In this document: piece after piece, positions 17,488-26,462 of the stretch
Numbering within the stretch: the stretch's first letter is position 1
How the letters are laid out: every line of letters begins with the position of its first letter
Source: Candidatus Heimdallarchaeota archaeon
GTDB lineage: Archaea; Asgardarchaeota; Heimdallarchaeia; JABLTI01
Direction of reading: 5' to 3'
NCBI GenBank assembly: GCA_018238155.1
Contig: JABCTZ010000042.1
Span: 1 to 26,462, forward strand
Length of the DNA stretch: 26,462 nucleotides
Position numbers and translations under genes: made by a program
Notes under the pieces: model-generated
Database searches by the model: none
What the model was told of the DNA's origin: nothing
The model's input: only the letters and a program-made list of their open reading frames with translations

Positions 17488-19242
17488 TCATTTATCTTTC
17501 CTTTTCTTTTCAATTTTTTGCATTGTTTCCCCCAAATCATCTTTAGTAATTGCAACATAGGCATGATACGGAATATTGACTTTGCTTTCTAATTTTTTAT
17601 CTTCTGAAATAAAATGCTCATTAACAAATATCTCATAATACTTTGATTTCTCATCATCTACTTTTACATTCGAAGGCTTTTGATGAAAATATTCCAAACA
17701 AACAATATTCTGTTTTTTATCATGTAGAATACTTCTTGCTTTATCTTTTCCCAATTTGACTTTAAAATGAACATCAAAATCTCTATTTGCTCCATCAACT
17801 GCTCCTCTGAAAATCTTTGTATATTTCTTACAAATATTAAGAAATATAGATCTAGTCTCTTTATCTTTGTGAATTGTATTGAGAATTATTGTGTAATCAA
17901 TTTTTTCATTATCAAATTTTTCAAGCTTTACTCTCCAACCAAGTGTATGTGTAGTCATTCTGCCTGATGGTCTCCCCCAACATTGTAATTCATCAAGGAA
18001 TGTAAGTAGAAATTGAAAATTATTTATATTTAGGTGATAAATATCATTACAATTATGTATTGCAATACTTCTTAAAATTTCTCTCCTTATTTGAAATTGT
18101 TTTTGATCCATTATTTTCAAAGTATGAAAATCATCTAATAGATAATCAGATTCCAAAAAATAAACCAAGTATTTCATAAGAAGCACACAACTAACAATTC
18201 CATGATCATAATCTTCAAAAGCTCTAGACAGTTTTAACCAGTATTTTGACTGAATATGCAATTTATACTCTTCAGGAGATTTATTACATCTTTCTAGTCT
18301 AGAAGAAATAAACTTTAGAACAAAATCATTAATAAAATGACCTTGTTGTGGAAAAGTAATGTCTATTTCTTGAATTTTTGATCTACCAAATGCTTCAAGC
18401 ATTTCCCGTACTTTGCTATTTATTTTTGTTAATTTTTCTAAAGGATAACCTAAATCATGTGTTAACGAAATTATAAACCACATTGCTACTTTTTCATTAT
18501 CCTGAATTAATTTCTCATTTTTTATTTTTTTGATATAAGTTTTTTCTGCTTTTTTAGAAGCTTTTTCCATTTCTTTGATATAGGCTTCTTCTAATTCTTT
18601 GATATAGACCTTTTCTATTTCTTTGAACATGTCATCATTTTGGTAAATCTTTAGAGAATTCAACTTTTCTTTATTTTTCTTAAACAAAAGGATAATACCT
18701 ATAAGAAAAACCCTAAAAACATGGAAAACATGATCTCTGTAGTATGGAATATTTTCATATAAAACTTCCTCAAATTCAATGAATCTTTTGAAATACTTGT
18801 ATAATTCATCAATACCAAATGTTTCCCAATCATGATATTTTTCTCTTTTATCCATTTCTTTCAAGTAAACTATTGCATCTTTTAATAATTCTCTCCATAA
18901 TTTAAGGACAATTTCATGAAAAGGATAAAATTTAAACTCGAAATTATTTTTATCATCTTTTATTTTTTTTAATTGCTTCTCATATAAATCATTTATCTCT
19001 TTTATATAATAATGGCTATCTTCAATTAAATCTTGTTCATAAGTCTTTGTTTTTTGAAAAGAGATACCAAAAAATAATCTTTCTTTCAGTTCCGATTTAT
19101 ATAATGACATGAAAGTTTTCCATAAATAATAATCATTTATTTCTAAACCATCGCTTTCAATTAATTTCTCATATTTCTCAATAAAATCTAATTCAACTTT
19201 ATTTTCAATAGTTGTAATCTTACTTCCTCTCCTAAGAAACAA
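17488..19242 (-). CDS. HD-superfamily metal-dependent phosphohydrolase (HD-CE-like)
   Basis: RDHVFHVFRV, LTHDLGYP, DHGIVS, IAIHN, LDELQCWGR. Confidence 0.8.
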   Translation of the reverse strand: MFLRRGSKITTIENKVELDFIEKYEKLIESDGLEINDYYLWKTFMSLYKSELKERLFFGISFQKTKTYEQDLIEDSHYYIKEINDLYEKQLKKIKDDKNNFEFKFYPFHEIVLKLWRELLKDAIVYLKEMDKREKYHDWETFGIDELYKYFKRFIEFEEVLYENIPYYRDHVFHVFRVFLIGIILLFKKNKEKLNSLKIYQNDDMFKEIEKVYIKELEEAYIKEMEKASKKAEKTYIKKIKNEKLIQDNEKVAMWFIISLTHDLGYPLEKLTKINSKVREMLEAFGRSKIQEIDITFPQQGHFINDFVLKFISSRLERCNKSPEEYKLHIQSKYWLKLSRAFEDYDHGIVSCVLLMKYLVYFLESDYLLDDFHTLKIMDQKQFQIRREILRSIAIHNCNDIYHLNINNFQFLLTFLDELQCWGRPSGRMTTHTLGWRVKLEKFDNEKIDYTIILNTIHKDKETRSIFLNICKKYTKIFRGAVDGANRDFDVHFKVKLGKDKARSILHDKKQNIVCLEYFHQKPSNVKVDDEKSKYYEIFVNEHFISEDKKLESKVNIPYHAYVAITKDDLGETMQKIEKKRKDK

Positions 19243-19246
19243 AATA

Positions 19247-20230
19247 TTAGACCAATTGTTCCTTAATAATTTTTTGAGCAGGACAATTTAAGTGGCATTC
19301 GTACTCCTGATTTGATTTATGAATAGAATTCATGAATTTGAAAACTTTTGAATCACTAATAATTATACTTAATAGATTTGTTTCAATGTTATTATCACCA
19401 TTTAATTTAATATTTTTCAAAGCTACACATGGATAGACATAACCATAAGGTGTTATACAAATCTTGTCAGTTCCAGCGCGACATTTAATTCTATCATTTT
19501 GTTTTAATATTGGAAGTGAAGAACTAAGAGAGATTCCTATTTTTTCACCATACTCACTGATAAAATCTTGAATTAGTGTTTTTACTTCAGTATCATCTAA
19601 TTCAAATTTGACTCTATTATTAAAAGCACGACCATGGGGTATAAATCTCAATAGATGTAAATTAAAAATATTAAATTTTCTAAGAAATGGTACTACCTTA
19701 AATAATTCATTTGCATTATTTTTCATAATAACAAAATTAACTTCTCTTTTAAAAACATAATCATTTTTTGAATTTTCCATTGAAATTAGTAGATTCATAT
19801 AGCTGTTAGATACTTGAGTGATTTCTTCGTGAGAATCCTTTGAAATTCCATGTAAGCTGAAAACAAGCTTATCCAATCCACTTTTATCTAGTTTTTTAAA
19901 GAATTCTTTTGATAATGGTAAATTCTTTTGTTCACGTCTATTGTATAAATTACCACTAGTATAACATATTACATAAAATGAATATTGTTTTGCTAATTTG
20001 ATAATTTTGTCTATTTTAGGATGTAATAATGGATCTCCACCTGAAAGTGAAATTTCATTGAAACCTAATCTTGCTGATTCTTCTATTATTCTAGAAATTT
20101 TATTAAAGCTTAAGAATGTATTTTTTTTAATATTTGAATTGCTAGAACAATGCGCACAATTCAAACCACATTTATCTGTGACTTCTAAACAGATAGTTTT
20201 GTTAAGATTCTTCGTGTATCTAAAGGCCAT
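19247..20230 (-). CDS. Radical SAM protein with SPASM/twitch domain
   Basis: CGLNCAHC (CxxxCxxC), SLSGGDPLLH, FSLHG, CRAG...ITPYGYVYPC, C-terminal Cys cluster. Confidence 0.92.
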   Translation of the reverse strand: MAFRYTKNLNKTICLEVTDKCGLNCAHCSSNSNIKKNTFLSFNKISRIIEESARLGFNEISLSGGDPLLHPKIDKIIKLAKQYSFYVICYTSGNLYNRREQKNLPLSKEFFKKLDKSGLDKLVFSLHGISKDSHEEITQVSNSYMNLLISMENSKNDYVFKREVNFVIMKNNANELFKVVPFLRKFNIFNLHLLRFIPHGRAFNNRVKFELDDTEVKTLIQDFISEYGEKIGISLSSSLPILKQNDRIKCRAGTDKICITPYGYVYPCVALKNIKLNGDNNIETNLLSIIISDSKVFKFMNSIHKSNQEYECHLNCPAQKIIKEQLV

Positions 20231-20465
20231 TTGTTAATAATCCCTTCATATCGCTCCAATACTTATTGGACATTCTATCTAATATTCTTTTTCTATCAAG
20301 CAATCTAAATCCAAATATGCTAATAAATAAGCATTTGCTTTTACTTAAATATCTATAAATTAGAGTTTTATTGAATTGAACCAATCACTTCTCTATATAT
20401 AAAAAAATATGTAATGTTTGCTTATATAAAATTTAGTGACATGAATTGAATCAGATATTCAATTC

Positions 20466-21338
20466 TTACAATGAGTCATGTTTTAATCCACCAAATTCAA
20501 TATTTTTACTGATAAGATTTATAGCCCATTTCTTCGTATTTGATACACGTCTTGCTGGATTCATTTCAGCTGAACAAACGGCTTCTTGGCCAAAAGATTG
20601 TGGCCAATCAGCAAGACAAAACCCTTTTCTTAATTTCTGATAATTTTTGAATCTTGTAAAACCATTATATGAGCAAAGAGGTAATTTGAATGTAAGGAGA
20701 TTTCTTAACTCATAATTGCTTAATCTAAGATCTTTTGTTAGTTTTTTGAACATACCCGCACCTGGCAGATTTGTATCAATTATATTTTTTGAAGCAATGT
20801 ATAGGATATTATTCTTATCCTTTAGATAACTATCTTTCAAATGAGGATGATAGGAATATTCCTTATTTTTAGTCGTAGGTTTAATAATCTCACCAACATG
20901 AATCCAACCATAGATATAGTAACCTTCAGTTAATATATTATCATATTTCTCCCAAGGTGAAAACCTAGAGAAAAAAAGAAAAATAGCACCAATAGAATTT
21001 TGTCCTACACCACAATTTCTGAGATATCCTTGAGCTGAACCCTTCTGTCCAAAAATAGGTCGCCAATTTTCTGTGGGAAATATTTGAATTAAATCAGGAT
21101 CTAAATGTGCACCATATTTTGGAATTCTTTTTCTCGTTTCCAAAATTTCAAATATATTATCAAAATTCATGAAATTAATTTTTAAACGATTATAGTCTAT
21201 TCCCTTATAATTTCTTGATATTTGATTTTTTGATTCAGGTTTAGGTATGAATACATATTCACCAGTTTTACCATTTAATGGTGAATACATACCTCCGCTA
21301 CTACTATCTATCCCTTTTCTACTTAAAATAACAGTCAA
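20466..21338 (-). CDS. Nucleotide-modification-associated domain 3 (Nmad3)-like protein
   Basis: VILSRKGIDSSSGG..SP, HLDPDL, FGQKGSAQGYL, FLFF, HPH. Confidence 0.78.
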   Translation of the reverse strand: MTVILSRKGIDSSSGGMYSPLNGKTGEYVFIPKPESKNQISRNYKGIDYNRLKINFMNFDNIFEILETRKRIPKYGAHLDPDLIQIFPTENWRPIFGQKGSAQGYLRNCGVGQNSIGAIFLFFSRFSPWEKYDNILTEGYYIYGWIHVGEIIKPTTKNKEYSYHPHLKDSYLKDKNNILYIASKNIIDTNLPGAGMFKKLTKDLRLSNYELRNLLTFKLPLCSYNGFTRFKNYQKLRKGFCLADWPQSFGQEAVCSAEMNPARRVSNTKKWAINLISKNIEFGGLKHDSL

Positions 21339-21460
21339 TTTACTTCACTCAACATAAATTATCATAAAATTTGGATTCGTTTGTCTTTATTGTAGATTAT
21401 TCAATGATTATTTATTAATCTAATATATTATACCTTTTGTAAATAAATACTAACTCACAC

Positions 21461-21507
21461 CTCTTCATGGTCTAGAAGTCCATTTCGGTAATGACACGCT
21501 TAGGTGG
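21461..21507 (+). repeat. Island repeat, partial copy (right half)
   Basis: ggtctagaagtccatttcggtaatgacacgcttaggtgg is near-identical to copy C. Confidence 0.9.
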
Positions 21508-21519
21508 AAAAAATATGAA

Positions 21520-22029
21520 TTATCTTGATTTTAATATGAATTCAATGAGTCTTTTCAATTCATTTGAGAAATAGATATCAGGTTTGGGACGGTGCTGCCT
21601 GAAGATATAGTATTCGTTCTTGAGTAGTTCATGCAAAATGTTATTGTAAGTTTCTATCTCATCAAAAGAAACAAACATATGAAGATACTGAGGTATTTCT
21701 CGTTTCTTTTCATTCCATTGTTTTAGAACTAACTCTGGTTTACTATAGATACCACTTTTCTTCACTTCAATTGCAAATTTATTCCCAAGTAAAATATCAA
21801 TTCTTTTTCTTGTTCCTTTAGGAGAAACTTCGAATGAAACAGACAATTTCGTTTTTTCTTTAAGGAAATTCCCAAAAACTTTAGCATAAATATCTCCTTT
21901 AGTTGATCTTAATGCATCAGATTCTTGAAAAACTAAATTGTTATTAGCATATACTTTTTCTACAGTGAGATAAAGTTCTTTATACACCTTTTCGATTTGT
22001 TTGTAAAGATTTCTTAATTCATTTTCCAA
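21520..22029 (-). CDS. PD-(D/E)xK nuclease-fold protein
   Basis: SFE...RIDILLGNKFAIEVKKSG. Confidence 0.7.
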   Translation of the reverse strand: MENELRNLYKQIEKVYKELYLTVEKVYANNNLVFQESDALRSTKGDIYAKVFGNFLKEKTKLSVSFEVSPKGTRKRIDILLGNKFAIEVKKSGIYSKPELVLKQWNEKKREIPQYLHMFVSFDEIETYNNILHELLKNEYYIFRQHRPKPDIYFSNELKRLIEFILKSR

Positions 22030-22030
22030 T

Positions 22031-23107
22031 TTATTCCAACCTCTTGATTGAATTAGTATAAACTCTTAATGAAAAACGCCAGACAAGGGAGAAGAGTTTA
22101 ACAGCCTGCTCTGAATCTAGATTAATCAGTTGACCAATCTTTTTTGAATCCAAGTTGTGTTTCTTAGCAAATTCACGAGTTATGTATCCACCATTATGGA
22201 TAATTAAGTTCCGAATTGCCCACATACTAACAAAGAACCTTCTATGTTCCGGAGTAGTATTATTTAGCAAACTAATTTGTTTTGATGACACAAATTTATA
22301 CAGTGCAGATAAACAGGTTCGTTTTAGGTTTGGTATCAAAATTCTAACTTGAGAATTACTTTGAGTTGATTTAGAAACAATATATTTCTTGTAGCTATTG
22401 CCTTGCTTTTTGGTTATTACTCGAAACATCTTTGTAGTTTGAATAAGAAGCTTAATGCTTCGTGTGAGAAAGGATTCAAATTGGGCTAAACAAGTAACTA
22501 ATACTTGAGCTAATACCTGGTGATTGTAGTTGATTGTATCTGAATAGTAATCAAGAATATTATCTTTAGAGAAATTGATTGTCAATACATTTGGAACACC
22601 ATATTTTGCATTAAAATCTTTAACTGTTAGGTTTCTATCTGGAACATTATTATTTTCTAGGAATTCTGATCTAAATGCATCCCGGATAATCAGTTCTGAA
22701 AAAATCTCATCTTTATCCTTCGATTTATTCATTAATAGTAAAGTATCAAGAGAATATTGATTTGTAAGTAGTAATAAGATGCTAAACCTCGTTAAAGAAT
22801 CATAATCTTTGGTAAAATGAGAATAATCATCCACAGTTAGGAATCCTTGTTGTCTGAATTTCTTCCGTTCTTTTAGAAATTTGAAATCTTCATTAAGGCT
22901 TTCTTTCAATTCTTTAGGAAGATTCTTTGGAAAATCACCTAAAGCTTTCACTGAAATTCTTGCCATGATTGATGTTCTTGCTAAAGAATTGAGATAATTG
23001 GAAGAGTATTCTTTGTAACTTTCTAAAGAATTATTTTGAATCATTTTAATATCTCCATAAAAAGCAAATCCTATTTGTTTTCCACTTTCTAGTCTTCTTC
23101 TTATCAT
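22031..23107 (-). CDS. C-terminal HEPN-domain protein
   Basis: LAQFESFL helix and the R-x4-H motif AIRNLIIHNGG. Confidence 0.7.
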   Translation of the reverse strand: MIRRRLESGKQIGFAFYGDIKMIQNNSLESYKEYSSNYLNSLARTSIMARISVKALGDFPKNLPKELKESLNEDFKFLKERKKFRQQGFLTVDDYSHFTKDYDSLTRFSILLLLTNQYSLDTLLLMNKSKDKDEIFSELIIRDAFRSEFLENNNVPDRNLTVKDFNAKYGVPNVLTINFSKDNILDYYSDTINYNHQVLAQVLVTCLAQFESFLTRSIKLLIQTTKMFRVITKKQGNSYKKYIVSKSTQSNSQVRILIPNLKRTCLSALYKFVSSKQISLLNNTTPEHRRFFVSMWAIRNLIIHNGGYITREFAKKHNLDSKKIGQLINLDSEQAVKLFSLVWRFSLRVYTNSIKRLE

Positions 23108-23297
23108 AAAAAATTATTGATGAGTAATTACAAGAAAATTCCTAGCAAGTTAAAGATCAAAAATCTTATAGCAATGAAAAATCATCATTTTTAATATCTT
23201 TATGATAGATAAAGATCCAATACTTGCTCATTGTTTTTGTTGGTATTTCTATTTTATCTTTAGTTGAGTTCAATCTTTCACCTCAACAAAAAGAAAA

Positions 23298-23837
23298 TCA
23301 AATGCGATAGTCTCCTAATTTCAACCTGCCAAATATTGCAGGCATATGTTTAAACTCACTATCCACATAAGTAAGAATTTTATCGTATTCTTGATTCAGA
23401 AACCAATTAGGTACATCTCTTCCGCTACCCTTAGTTGCGGGGAAACCATACGCCTTGAGAATATTATTCCATTTTTGATTATAGAAATTATTTCGAGATG
23501 TGAAAATTTGTAATAAGTCAATGTGCCAACAATCTCGATAAAAAGTCTTGTATAATTCACTGTAATAAAGGATTTTATGAAAGATACACCTGCAAATTAT
23601 AAAAGGAATATCGAAACTCAATGTATTATAACCAATTATTTGTGGTTTTAAGTTACCACTTGATGGAAAAGCACAAATACGTTTAATTAGTTCCTCCAAT
23701 ATTGCCTTTTCGTTGGATTGCCATGAAAGAAACTTTTCATGTTTACCATTTATTCCATTTTGTAAGCTGATCAGTACAATCTTATCTTTACTTTTTAATC
23801 CAGTAGTTTCTATATCCAGAAAAAAATCCCGCTCCAA
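23298..23837 (-). CDS. DEDD / PolB-type 3'-5' exonuclease (RNase H-like fold)
   Basis: FLDIETTG (ExoI), IGYNTLSFDIPFI (ExoII), HIDL, YVDSE (ExoIII-like). Confidence 0.85.
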   Translation of the reverse strand: MERDFFLDIETTGLKSKDKIVLISLQNGINGKHEKFLSWQSNEKAILEELIKRICAFPSSGNLKPQIIGYNTLSFDIPFIICRCIFHKILYYSELYKTFYRDCWHIDLLQIFTSRNNFYNQKWNNILKAYGFPATKGSGRDVPNWFLNQEYDKILTYVDSEFKHMPAIFGRLKLGDYRI

Positions 23838-23914
23838 AAAATCACCTATTTAACTTACTTGTGTTAAATTATAAGTTTTTATTAAATTAGAGCTAATAAT
23901 TCAAAACTCAATTT

Positions 23915-24057
23915 AATTCTTCAATTCAATAATCCTAGTTACAACTAATCGTAAAAAGGACAAAAGAAAAATAGAATTTCTAATTGATTGCAGTCAATAT
24001 ATGACACTTAGCCCTCGCTTCTTCTTGAAGGTCTAGAAGTTCATTTCAGTAAAGAAA
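23915..24057 (+). repeat. Island repeat, degenerate copy (left part decayed, right part conserved)
   Basis: tcaataatcctagtt...aaaagaaaaa...agccctcgcttcttcttgaaggtctagaagttcatttcagtaa. Confidence 0.88.
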
Positions 24058-24079
24058 GCAAGTTCAAGTACTTGCTTTC
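24054..24079 (-). terminator. Perfect 10-bp hairpin GAAAGCAAGT-N6-ACTTGCTTTC just downstream of the GNAT gene
   Basis: Inverted repeat read directly, 8 nt after the GNAT stop; followed by TTT on the minus strand. Confidence 0.45.
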
Positions 24080-24087
24080 ACGCAGTA

Positions 24088-24687
24088 CTATTTTTGCTGA
24101 CGAATCTTATCGTTAAAGATTATACTCATAATAATTACATCTTCTAAAGAGCCATCATCCATCAGAAATTTTTTCTGTAAAATAGCTTCTTGTTTAAAAC
24201 CAAATTTAGGATAGATCTTTCGAGCATCATTAGAAACACAGACTTCAAGCTCTAAGCGAAAAATGCCAGGTTTTGCTTGAGCAATATCAACTGATAGTTT
24301 AGTGAGAAAGGAACCTATGCCTAATTTCTGAAATTTAGGAAGAACAGATAATCCCATTTGAGCTCTATGCTTGTATCTTCCACTTTGAGAAAAAATAAGA
24401 GCCATATTACCAGCAAATGCCACTTCATTTTGAGAATCATCAAGAAGCATTACATTTATTGGTAAAGAATTTTTATATTCTAACTCTACTCCTTGGGGAT
24501 ACCAGTGATCAATAGCTTTTTTTGTTATAGGATTAAGGAATTTAAAAAAATCTCGCGGAGCATCTTGATATCCTTGCCAAACCAAATCTCTATCAGAACT
24601 TTTCGCAGGACGGATGTGAAACCAATAATTACAAAATTGCTTTTTGATAGCATAATCACCGGGATTAAAAGCCATAATAAATCTCAC
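24088..24687 (-). CDS. GNAT-family N-acetyltransferase
   Basis: GLSVLPKFQKLGIGSFL (AcCoA-binding motif A), LELEV..SN.ARKIY.KFGF. Confidence 0.9.
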   Translation of the reverse strand: MRFIMAFNPGDYAIKKQFCNYWFHIRPAKSSDRDLVWQGYQDAPRDFFKFLNPITKKAIDHWYPQGVELEYKNSLPINVMLLDDSQNEVAFAGNMALIFSQSGRYKHRAQMGLSVLPKFQKLGIGSFLTKLSVDIAQAKPGIFRLELEVCVSNDARKIYPKFGFKQEAILQKKFLMDDGSLEDVIIMSIIFNDKIRQQK

Positions 24688-24764
24688 AGGAAAACTACTT
24701 TGTGAATCATTTAATAGTTTATATTCATCTTCTGTAAATTGTTTAATTATTCATCCATTAAAAA

Positions 24765-24830
24765 ATTCAATTCTTATCTCAATAATCCTAGTTTCACCTT
24801 GAGGCTGTAGGGATAAAAGAAAAAAAATAC
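24765..24830 (+). repeat. Island repeat, partial copy (central hairpin)
   Basis: ctcaataatcctagtttcaccttgaggctgtagggataaaagaaaaaaaata. Confidence 0.85.
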
Positions 24831-24838
24831 TCACTTCT

Positions 24839-25774
24839 TTATTTTAAAGGAAACTTTGAATGATATGCAGAAGTACTATTGAAATGTCTCTCTTTTAGAA
24901 ATATAAAACTAGGATTATCAATAATTTTAGAACCGAAACCATGAGATGAATAATGGGAAAGAGCATTAAGAAAGCAAAAAGAAACCGCCAATTCATTCTG
25001 AGTAAAAGGGTGATTAGCTTCTACTTTATGAAGAATAGAATAAGTGAACTCTTGAACAATAGGCAAGTAACTAAGAGAAGATAAAGTACGAATTCCGTCA
25101 TAAAAAGCAATCTCATAAGGAGTCAGAGACTGGGCAAGCAAACATTCTTGTAGATAAAATAGATACTCCAAACTAAAATTAATCATTGGTAAATAGGAGT
25201 CATCATAGTGCTTCCAAGAACTTTGTGAAGTGTATTCATTTATGATTGATTTAGGAACTTGAGAATAAGATTGATACTGTTTAAGAGCAGGAATATCAGA
25301 CCCAAAGAATGTGTTAGCTAAAATATTAGCTAAAAGGGAGAATGCTTCCTCAGCTGAAACAGTAAAAGAGGAGAAAGGAATAACACATTTACGGAAACGA
25401 TAAGTAATATCAGTGAATTGAATTTCAGTGGGCAGATCATCTCTAAAGGCAAGATCCAGATATACAGTATGAAAATCAAAAAGAGCATGATAATCAGGTT
25501 CTTCCGCAATTTCACCAATTAGGCAAGGATATTGAGCAGTATTAGGATGGGGAGTCGTCAATTTCAAATAAGAATAGAAACGTTTTGGAATACCTTTCCG
25601 AGCATTGGCATTTTGATAAAGCTTTATTAATAATTCAAATGCACGAAAGGGATAAGAATATTCCCAAGAACCAATACCATCAATTATCAGTTCGTTGTTT
25701 ATGAAATAACATTGAGTCTCATTGTCCCAAATAAGAAATAAAGGCAAATTATCTTCTTGTATTTTCTGTAACAA
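24839..25774 (-). CDS. Hypothetical 311-aa protein, paralogue of 3412..4344
   Basis: Conserved blocks listed under 3412..4344. Confidence 0.85.
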   Translation of the reverse strand: MLQKIQEDNLPLFLIWDNETQCYFINNELIIDGIGSWEYSYPFRAFELLIKLYQNANARKGIPKRFYSYLKLTTPHPNTAQYPCLIGEIAEEPDYHALFDFHTVYLDLAFRDDLPTEIQFTDITYRFRKCVIPFSSFTVSAEEAFSLLANILANTFFGSDIPALKQYQSYSQVPKSIINEYTSQSSWKHYDDSYLPMINFSLEYLFYLQECLLAQSLTPYEIAFYDGIRTLSSLSYLPIVQEFTYSILHKVEANHPFTQNELAVSFCFLNALSHYSSHGFGSKIIDNPSFIFLKERHFNSTSAYHSKFPLK

Positions 25775-25856
25775 ATCCTTTTCTCCTATTCCTTATTTCA
25801 ATTAGGATGTAGTAATAGTGTAAAAAAAGGTTGTGAAAAAAATCGAGCAAAAATGG

Positions 25857-25888
25857 TTACTTCTTCAAGTGAACAAATAAAATAGATC
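25857..25888 (+). repeat. Island repeat, left-end remnant
   Basis: ttacttcttcaagtgaacaaataaaatagatc matches the start of copies A-C. Confidence 0.65.
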
Positions 25889-26067
25889 TAATATTTCTAA
25901 CAATCCTCTATAGCTCTTTTTGTAGCATCTATTTAATAGTAAACCCTTTTTATTTCGCATTGTTTTTAAGTATTGATTGACACGATGATACTATTCACTA
26001 TAATTCAGAAAAGGTTCAAGTAAAAATCAAGTTATTTTTATCGAGTATTTGCAGGAGTGGAAAATGA

Positions 26068-26462
26068 GTGGGTGCTATAAATACAAAACAAATCATCTTC
26101 AATTTATTCATTTTATCACTTGTTGGATCATTACCGATGAGTTCTTCTCTATTTACCTTCTCTTCAGGCACAATCAATACAGATAGTGCTGTCTTAATGT
26201 ACGAATGTTTTGTAGCTATTGAGTACGATGAACCTTTGCAAACTGATTATGTTATTAATTGGTCCTATACTCTCTCAGATTCTTATCGCCACGAAGTATT
26301 ACTTTTCACTCAAGCGAACTTTGAAAAAGCCAATCATATTTTAACCCTTGATTTTTCTGATCCGACCTGTGAGTATTATCTATTATCAGATTCTATTAGT
26401 CTCTCAGCTGAAGGAAGCTTTCCCATTCCAGCTTATGGTAGCTATGTCTTTGTTATTTTTAA
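26068..26462 (+). CDS. Secreted/membrane hypothetical protein; runs off the window end
   Basis: GTG at 26068 after GGAG opens MGAINTKQIIFNLFILSLVGSLPM... with no stop to the window end; hydrophobic N-terminus. Confidence 0.65.
   Translation, partial: MGAINTKQIIFNLFILSLVGSLPMSSSLFTFSSGTINTDSAVLMYECFVAIEYDEPLQTDYVINWSYTLSDSYRHEVLLFTQANFEKANHILTLDFSDPTCEYYLLSDSISLSAEGSFPIPAYGSYVFVIF

Noticed and set aside
8900-25518. Other short overlapping ORFs (8900, 9648, 10044, 11961, 15374, 16835, 17767, 19998, 20446, 22155, 22575, 24493, 25330)
   Set aside because: All overlap longer, better-supported genes on the opposite strand or in another frame.
4363-25888. Repeat interpreted as a CRISPR array, tRNA or IS terminal repeats
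   Set aside because: The unit is ~200 bp with kb-scale gene-filled intervals. There are no cas genes, no cloverleaf or T-loop, no terminal inverted repeats and no transposase.

Overview
AT-rich window, probably archaeal (C-terminal PCNA-binding PIP-box in one protein, GGTGA/GGAGG-type SD sites; an Asgard/Lokiarchaeia-like host is only a guess). It is a ~21 kb defence/accessory island between a large secreted Ca-binding-repeat protein (left, runs off the window) and a secreted protein (right, runs off). Two features stand out. (1) The island is partitioned by a ~200-bp structured direct repeat (3 full and 5 partial copies, all in the same orientation, all intergenic) into cassette-like modules, and it is bracketed by two inward-facing paralogues of an unknown ~310-aa protein. 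No integrase is recognisable in the window. (2) The first module is a TIR - small Cys/His protein - QueC - TGT - TIR(N-terminal Gly6) - TGT operon facing a HEPN protein and a RipA-like membrane protein. It looks like a Thoeris-type TIR signalling system carrying the QueC/TGT deazaguanylation machinery known from type IV CBASS, but with no CD-NTase. The other modules are: membrane HNH + HpaII-like R-M + Vsr + TaqI-like nuclease; NucS-like/HhH-FeS fusion + HD + radical SAM + Nmad3; exonuclease + HEPN + PD-(D/E)xK nuclease; and a GNAT. All family calls come from motif recognition by eye, not from database searches.
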